From Stegostoma tigrinum (taxonomy: Eukaryota), in assembly GCF_030684315.1 (NCBI RefSeq), contig NC_081393.1, positions 10,303,565 to 10,367,564 of the forward strand: a DNA stretch of 64,000 bases. The letters run 5' to 3'. The notes below the pieces were generated by a model. It was not told the DNA's origin, did no database searches, and saw only the letters and a list, made by a program, of their open reading frames with translations. The position numbers and the translations under genes were made by a program. Positions 61,171 to 64,000 of this stretch are shown piece by piece. Numbering within the stretch: position 1 is the stretch's first letter; the number at the start of each line of letters is the position of its first letter.

Positions 61171-62002
61171 ATCATCTATTTTTATTATTTCAGAAAAGGC
61201 ACTGAGTCTCACAACAAGCAAATGCATATTCAAACAGAAATTGTCAGAAGGGTGGACAGGCACAATGTGGAAGGGTGACAGTTTTGCATGTCACTTTCAG
61301 TTTGCATTTGCGAAGAAACAAAAATCAGATGCTACTTGTAGTCTTGAGGAGCAAAGCAAAGAACAGAAAGCATTGAAATACATGAACGTTGAATATGACC
61401 TGATAATTGCAGACATAGGAGCTCCCTTGAATGTTGTGGAAAAAGCAGAATAAAGAAGCGTTTTAAAAAATACTTGTTCCTCAAATACAAGTGATATAAT
61501 GGATTGAAAAATATTTACATATACACATAACTGTTAAAAAACATGACATCTTCAAATTTTGCTGAGTAAAATTGCATGAGAGTCCATTAGCTCCGACAAG
61601 TATTTCTTCATTTATGTGACAGGATAGATCTTTTACTTACATAGCAAGTGCAAATCCCAAAAACTGAGCAATAGTCTCATTTTCTGAGCTCGAGGTAATT
61701 CATCTGCCACTTTGAAGAAACACTTGTTACTTACATGCAGCATTGTTTGTCTCTTTGTATTTGTTGGCTACACATTGCCCCCTGCTTGACCTGAACTTTG
61801 TTTCATGAGGAGTACTCACAGTGTGACAGTTTAAATCCTGCCTTTCAACAGTTGGTGTTTGTCACGAGAAAGACTGCCTATGTTTCCTATTACTTGATCC
61901 AATGGCTGATGCTTGGCAGGTATTGCTGACGACAATTAGTCCCGTTTGCTTTTTGGTCACTGAGAAACTCACGATTTTGATCGTGGGGATGGGGTGATGA
62001 TA

Positions 62003-62625
62003 AGAACATAACAGTGCAATACAGGCCCTTCGGCCCTTGATGTTTTGCCGACCTGTGAAACCAATCTGAAGCCCTTTTAACCTGTACTATTCCATTATCA
62101 TCCATATCTTTATCCAATGACCATTTAAATGCCCTTAAAGTTGGCGAGTCTACTACTGCTGCAGGTAGGGCATACCATGCGCTTACTATTCTCTGAGTAA
62201 AGAACCGACCTCTGACATCTGTCCTATATCTGTCACGCCTCAATTTAAAGCTATGCCCCCTCTTGCTAGCCATTACCATCCAAGGAAAAAGGCTCTCACT
62301 GTCCACCCTATCTAATCTTCTGATCATCTTGTATGTCTCCATTAAGTCGCCTCTTAACCTTCTTCTCTCTGACAAAAACAGCCTCAAGTCCCTCAGCCTT
62401 TCCTCATAAGACCTTCCCTCCATACCAGGCAGCATCCTGGTAAATCTCTTTTGCACCCTTTCCACCTTTCCAATGCTTCCACATCCTTCCTATTAGGCGG
62501 CGACCATAACTGGACGCAATACTCCAAGTGCGGCCGCACCAGAGTTTTGTAGAGCTGCAACATGACCTCATGGCTCCGAAACTCAATCCCTCTACCAATA
62601 AAACCTAACATATCGTACGCATTCA
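62003..62625 (-). mobile_element. CR1 LINE 3' end, relatively young
   Basis: MLGFIGRGIEFRSHEVMLQLYKTLVRPHLEYCVQLWSP and ERVQKRFTRMLPGMEGRSYEERLRDLRLFLSERRRLRGDLMETYK. Confidence 0.92.
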
Positions 62626-63547
62626 ATGTTAGAGTGAGGGCTAGATTCTGTTTGGAGATGGGCATTGCTTGGGTGATATGACGGACTTGTCACTTGTCTT
62701 GCTCTTGCTGCATTTGGACATGGACTGCTTCAGTATGAGAGTTCTGGCGATTGGTGCTTAAAGTTATGCAACCATCCATGGAACATCCCTACATCGAAGC
62801 TTATGATGGAAGGAGGTTCATTGATGAAGCAGATGAAGATGGTTGGAACATGAACACTACCCTGAGAAATTAGTTATTGTGCTGCAGCGATAATATCCCT
62901 TCCTCTGAGCCAAGAAGTTCAAGCCATCTGCTCCAGATGTGCGTCATAACTTGTCTGAGCAAGGTCAAGAAAAATACCTACCCTCAGAAATTCCTGCAGA
63001 GGTGTTGCAGCCATGATGTTAGGCCTCCAACAAGCACCATCATCTTCATTTTGTGCCAGCTATTACCCAACTTAAGTTAAATACCAAACAATTGACAGTT
63101 GCTGGTTAGGTGCAGATATGTCCCTTTAAGGTCAAAATGTCTAAATGCTGAAATGAAACTCTGCTGAGTCCATTCAATTTATTTGAATTTACTTCCAATG
63201 TAACTAAAATACAAAATTCACCTCCTGTTTTGCCTTTTGTGCAGCAATTTACGTACAACACTTGGAGTGTGTGTTCAGCTCTCCATACTTTATACAAATC
63301 AAGACATTACTTTGTTACTATCGTAATTTTTTGACCTTTTTAAAACCACACCTTTGATAAGACTTATGATACATGTTTTGAAAATCTTAAATAGCTCTCG
63401 GGACATTTCTAACTGGTCTCTAAAATATTTGAATATCATCTGAATAAGTAGACAATCATTTGGGGTCCTTAACTAGAGGCAAGTACATTTACAACATTTT
63501 AAAATGGCCTGGCCAGGTGTGCGAATAGCCAAGGTTGAAATAGAATA

Positions 63548-63675
63548 AAAACCAAACGAACTGCAGCTGCTGGAAATCAAACTAAAACAGAAACCACTGG
63601 AAAAAGTTCAGCAGGTCTGTTAGCATCTGTGGAGAGAAATCAGAGTTAACATATCAGGTTCACTTCCTCAGAAGT
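63548..63675 (-). mobile_element. Short repeat, family B
   Basis: GAACTGCAGCTGCTGGAAATC...CAGCAGGTCTGTTAGCATCTGTGGAGAGAAATCAGAGTTAAC...CTTCCTCAGAA. Confidence 0.7.
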
Positions 63676-64000
63676 GGTTTAGAGAGACATGGGCCAAACG
63701 TAGGCAAGTAGAACTAGTTCAGTTTAGGAAACTTGGTCAGTATGGACAAGTTACACTTAAGATGCTGTTTCTGTGCTGTATTACTGTGTAATCATCTATG
63801 TGAACATGATGTACCAGAACGCAGATATACATATTAGGCTGCCAGCAGTATGTGGTGAAGCTACTTCCTTCTATTTTTAGATGTGTCATGGAGTTGGTTG
63901 AGAAAAATTCACAAATGCAAGTCTTGTCAATGATCAACAAGGAAATAGGTATGCAGGCAAAGTTTGGTGTATATACTTTTTTATCCTAACTTTGGCAGGG

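Overview
Vertebrate genomic DNA, almost certainly from a shark or ray, judged by HE1-type V-SINEs, Deu-domain SINEs and abundant CR1 and Penelope-like fragments. Four spliced protein-coding genes can be reconstructed exon by exon. They are the 3' 30 exons of SNRNP200/Brr2 (+, 1159-21647, 5' part outside the window), CIAO1 (-, 7 exons, 337 aa), TMEM127 (+, 3 coding exons, 237 aa) and NCAPH/condensin I kleisin (-, 17 coding exons, 703 aa, plus a probable non-coding first exon). CIAO1 and TMEM127 share a very compact bidirectional CpG/CCAAT promoter. The NCAPH promoter has a fused E2F/CDE-CHR element and three NRF1-type motifs. SNRNP200 and NCAPH each contain one GC-AG intron. The most striking non-genic signal is a set of three distinct families of ~150-250 bp fold-back (palindromic) insertions. 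Each family has a minimal hammerhead-ribozyme core at the fold-back centre. Family A is demonstrably the 3' tail of a Neptune-type Penelope-like retroelement, and several of its copies have 10-16 bp target-site duplications. Other observations: a decayed tRNA-Glu gene abutting a V-SINE, a solo LTR with a 4-bp TSD, a gene order that differs from human, and a speculative spliced transcript running away from the NCAPH promoter. All calls were made by eye from the sequence and remembered family features. No searches were run, and repeat boundaries are approximate.
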